A stretch of 35,722 nucleotides of DNA. Origin: Thermoleophilia bacterium. Its GTDB lineage: Bacteria; Actinomycetota; Thermoleophilia; Gaiellales; SKUG01. The DNA is taken from contig JAOPYW010000005.1 of the NCBI GenBank assembly GCA_025964405.1, positions 1 to 35,722 of the forward strand, read 5' to 3'. The notes under the pieces were generated by a model that saw only the letters and a program-made list of their open reading frames with translations, searched no databases and was not told where the DNA came from. Positions 34,051 to 35,722 of this stretch are shown in pieces. Each line of letters begins with the position of its first letter. Position 1 is the first letter of the stretch. A program made the translations under genes and the position numbers.

Positions 34051-34551
34051 ATGTCACAGGAAACCGGCAAGCAGCGGGTCGACCGCGAACTGATGGAGCT
34101 GCTCAACGAGATCCGTGTGGCGCTGCCCGGCGTGCAGCTGCTCTTCGGGTTCCTGCTCGCGGTGCCCTTCCAGCAGCGGTTCGGGCGCGTCGACGGGTTC
34201 CAGCGCGACGTGTACTTCACGGGGCTGTGCCTCACGCTGGTGGCGACCATGCTGCTCATCGCACCGTCGGCCTACCACCGCCTCAACTTCCGCGCCCGGC
34301 CGAAGCACCGGCTCGTGCAGCGCTCCAACGCACTCGTGGTGGCGGGCCTCGTCGTGCTCGCCGCTGCGATGACGAGCGTCATGCTCCTCGTCGCCGACGT
34401 GCTCTTCGCACGCGGCATCGCGGTCGGCGTGGCCTGCGCCACGGGCGCGGCGTTCGGGGCGCTGTGGATCGTCGGCCCCCTCATCGAGCGTGCCCACATG
34501 CGCGGCACGCACGCGGCGGGCGACGACCCGGAATCCGACGAGGCGCGCTAG
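34051..34551 (+). CDS. DUF6328-like membrane protein
   Basis: RELMELLNEIRVALPGVQLLFGFLLAVPFQQRF followed by three more TM helices. The pattern matches my memory of DUF6328. Confidence 0.6.
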   Translation: MSQETGKQRVDRELMELLNEIRVALPGVQLLFGFLLAVPFQQRFGRVDGFQRDVYFTGLCLTLVATMLLIAPSAYHRLNFRARPKHRLVQRSNALVVAGLVVLAAAMTSVMLLVADVLFARGIAVGVACATGAAFGALWIVGPLIERAHMRGTHAAGDDPESDEAR

Positions 34552-34943
34552 CCCAGCAGCTGGAGCGTGGTCTCCAGGCGCGCACGCGCGGAGGAGATGA
34601 CGTCGGTGGTCGACGTGCCGAGCGTCGTGTACTCGCCGTCGAGGCCGGAGGCGAATGCCCACTTGCCCGACTCGAAGCTGTCCTTGCGACTGACCTCGAG
34701 CAGGTCGGGGAGCAGTGCGCGCACGCCCTCCGCGGATTCCGATCGGCTCGCCGCCAGGGTCAACACACCCTCGTTGACCTCCTGGGCCGACGCCTTGAAG
34801 GCCGAGGCGAGCGCGTGCGCGTCATCGGTGCCGATGCGTGACTGGCCCGCGATGATCTCGGTCGCCTCGTCGAGGTGACCGAGCCCGCGCTGGAATGCCT
34901 GCCGAGCGACCTGCACGCCGCTGTCGATTGTCGCGAATGACAT
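34548..34943 (-). CDS. Hypothetical helical protein (131 aa)
   Basis: ORF with coding-like composition, immediately downstream of the partial kinase-fold gene on the same strand. No motif recognised. Confidence 0.45.
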   Translation of the reverse strand: MSFATIDSGVQVARQAFQRGLGHLDEATEIIAGQSRIGTDDAHALASAFKASAQEVNEGVLTLAASRSESAEGVRALLPDLLEVSRKDSFESGKWAFASGLDGEYTTLGTSTTDVISSARARLETTLQLLG

Positions 34944-35032
34944 CTCGTCCCCGTTCCCGATTCGATCCCGTGCCCCGTCTGTCGAGGGCCGGCGCAGGCT
35001 CGTTGCACGGCGAACGGGCCGACGAGCGGCCG

Positions 35033-35722
35033 TCAGCGAACGGCCAGCTCGAGGATGCGCGGCTCGGGCGGCGCCACGTGATGGGCGGAGACCCAGTCGA
35101 ACCCACCGGTGCGCTGCACGTGGTCGAGGCGCTGGAGCACGCGATCCGCGAAGGCCGATGACGCCACGCCGTCGAGGAGGGGGTTGTGCAGGTTCGGCAT
35201 GCCCGCCGCGTCACGCAGCGCGCGCAGCTCCCCCGCCACCCCAGCGGGATCGAGGGCGCGAACGGCCGCGAGGGCGTCGGCGCCCAACTGCACGTGCCCG
35301 CCGACCGTCGTCGCATCCGCCACGAACCACGGCGCGAGGCGGGGCACGAGCGCGTCGGGCATCTCGCCGTTGCCGATGGAGCCCTGGTCGATCGCACCGA
35401 CCGCGCGGTGGCCGAGCATCAGGTTGGCGGGGTGGCGATCGTCGTTGGAGAGCAGGTGGTCGAAGGTGCTGAGCAGCTCACGATCGCGCTGCGCCGCGCG
35501 CTGGGCCTGCGCTGGGCCTGCGCCGGCCTGCACCCACCGCCCCGCGAGTGCCGTGTCGAGCGCGGCGCTGCTGCGAACGCCGAGCGAACCCGCCGGCGCG
35601 CCGTCGATGAGCTGCAGGAGGGCCGTGTCGTCGCGGAGCACCGCCACCGGGAGCAGGTGGTCGATGCCGAGCCGTGCACCGATGCGCGCGGCCACGACCT
35701 CCTGCACCGCGCCCGCCGCCGC
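35033..35722 (-). CDS. Partial (5'-truncated by window edge) HipA-like / PI3-4-kinase-like fold protein
   Basis: The frame is open to the window end. Catalytic-loop-like LLSNDDRHPANLML and a downstream AIDQGS (DFG-like) resemble HipA-type kinases. Assignment is tentative. Confidence 0.4.
   Translation of the reverse strand, partial: AAAGAVQEVVAARIGARLGIDHLLPVAVLRDDTALLQLIDGAPAGSLGVRSSAALDTALAGRWVQAGAGPAQAQRAAQRDRELLSTFDHLLSNDDRHPANLMLGHRAVGAIDQGSIGNGEMPDALVPRLAPWFVADATTVGGHVQLGADALAAVRALDPAGVAGELRALRDAAGMPNLHNPLLDGVASSAFADRVLQRLDHVQRTGGFDWVSAHHVAPPEPRILELAVR
35498..35529. repeat. Short tandem repeat, 11-mer GCGCTGGGCCT x2 plus a degenerate third copy
   Basis: Read directly: gcgctgggcct gcgctgggcct gcgccggcct. 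It lies inside the partial CDS and encodes an Ala/Gln-rich stretch. Confidence 0.6.

Noticed and set aside
35498-35529. Short tandem repeats here and at 10887-10919 as a possible CRISPR or contingency locus.
   Set aside because: There are only 2-3.5 copies of 9-11 bp with no spacers, lying inside coding sequence and encoding Ala-rich low-complexity peptide. They do not form a CRISPR-like architecture.

Overview
High-GC, actinobacterial-type chromosomal window (taxon is an inference from composition and gene content such as DUF3107, Mrp and ECF sigma). It has about 40 credible protein genes. I found no rRNA, tRNA, CRISPR array or insertion sequence. Most long antisense ORFs in the track are Arg/Ala/Pro-rich shadows of the real genes. 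Layout from left to right:

- 72-6531: a spermidine-synthase-like membrane protein, then two paralogous S8 subtilisin-like peptidases without signal peptides. They flank an ECF sigma factor and its co-transcribed membrane protein.
- 6843-13212: housekeeping-type genes: TrxR-like ferredoxin-NADP reductase, MBL-fold hydrolase, orphan receiver protein, serine hydrolase, HAD-IB hydrolase and Mrp/ApbC.
- 13213-13685: about 470 nt with no convincing ORF and several hairpins.
- 13686-23632: DUF1015, a YhaM-like OB/HD nuclease, a PAP2 phosphatase, DUF3107, a short FtsH paralog, an excisionase-type HTH protein, an SSI-like lipoprotein, DUF1385 and RarA.
- 23629-33282: the most interesting block. A lipoprotein and an ABC-2 exporter pair are followed by a complete pqqABCDE operon. 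Its 24-codon pqqA (25845-25919) is too short for the ORF track and is followed by a strong hairpin plus T6. Convergent with the operon is a minus-strand unit encoding a lipobox cytochrome c, a lipobox type-I PQQ alcohol/methanol-family dehydrogenase and a small lipoprotein. The dehydrogenase has the vicinal Cys-Cys pair and a W-D-Y-D motif, the signature of lanthanide-dependent XoxF/ExaF/PedH-type enzymes.
- 33409-35722: GNAT, DUF6328, a hypothetical protein and a partial HipA-like kinase-fold gene.

All family calls come from motif recognition by eye and from memory. No database search was run.
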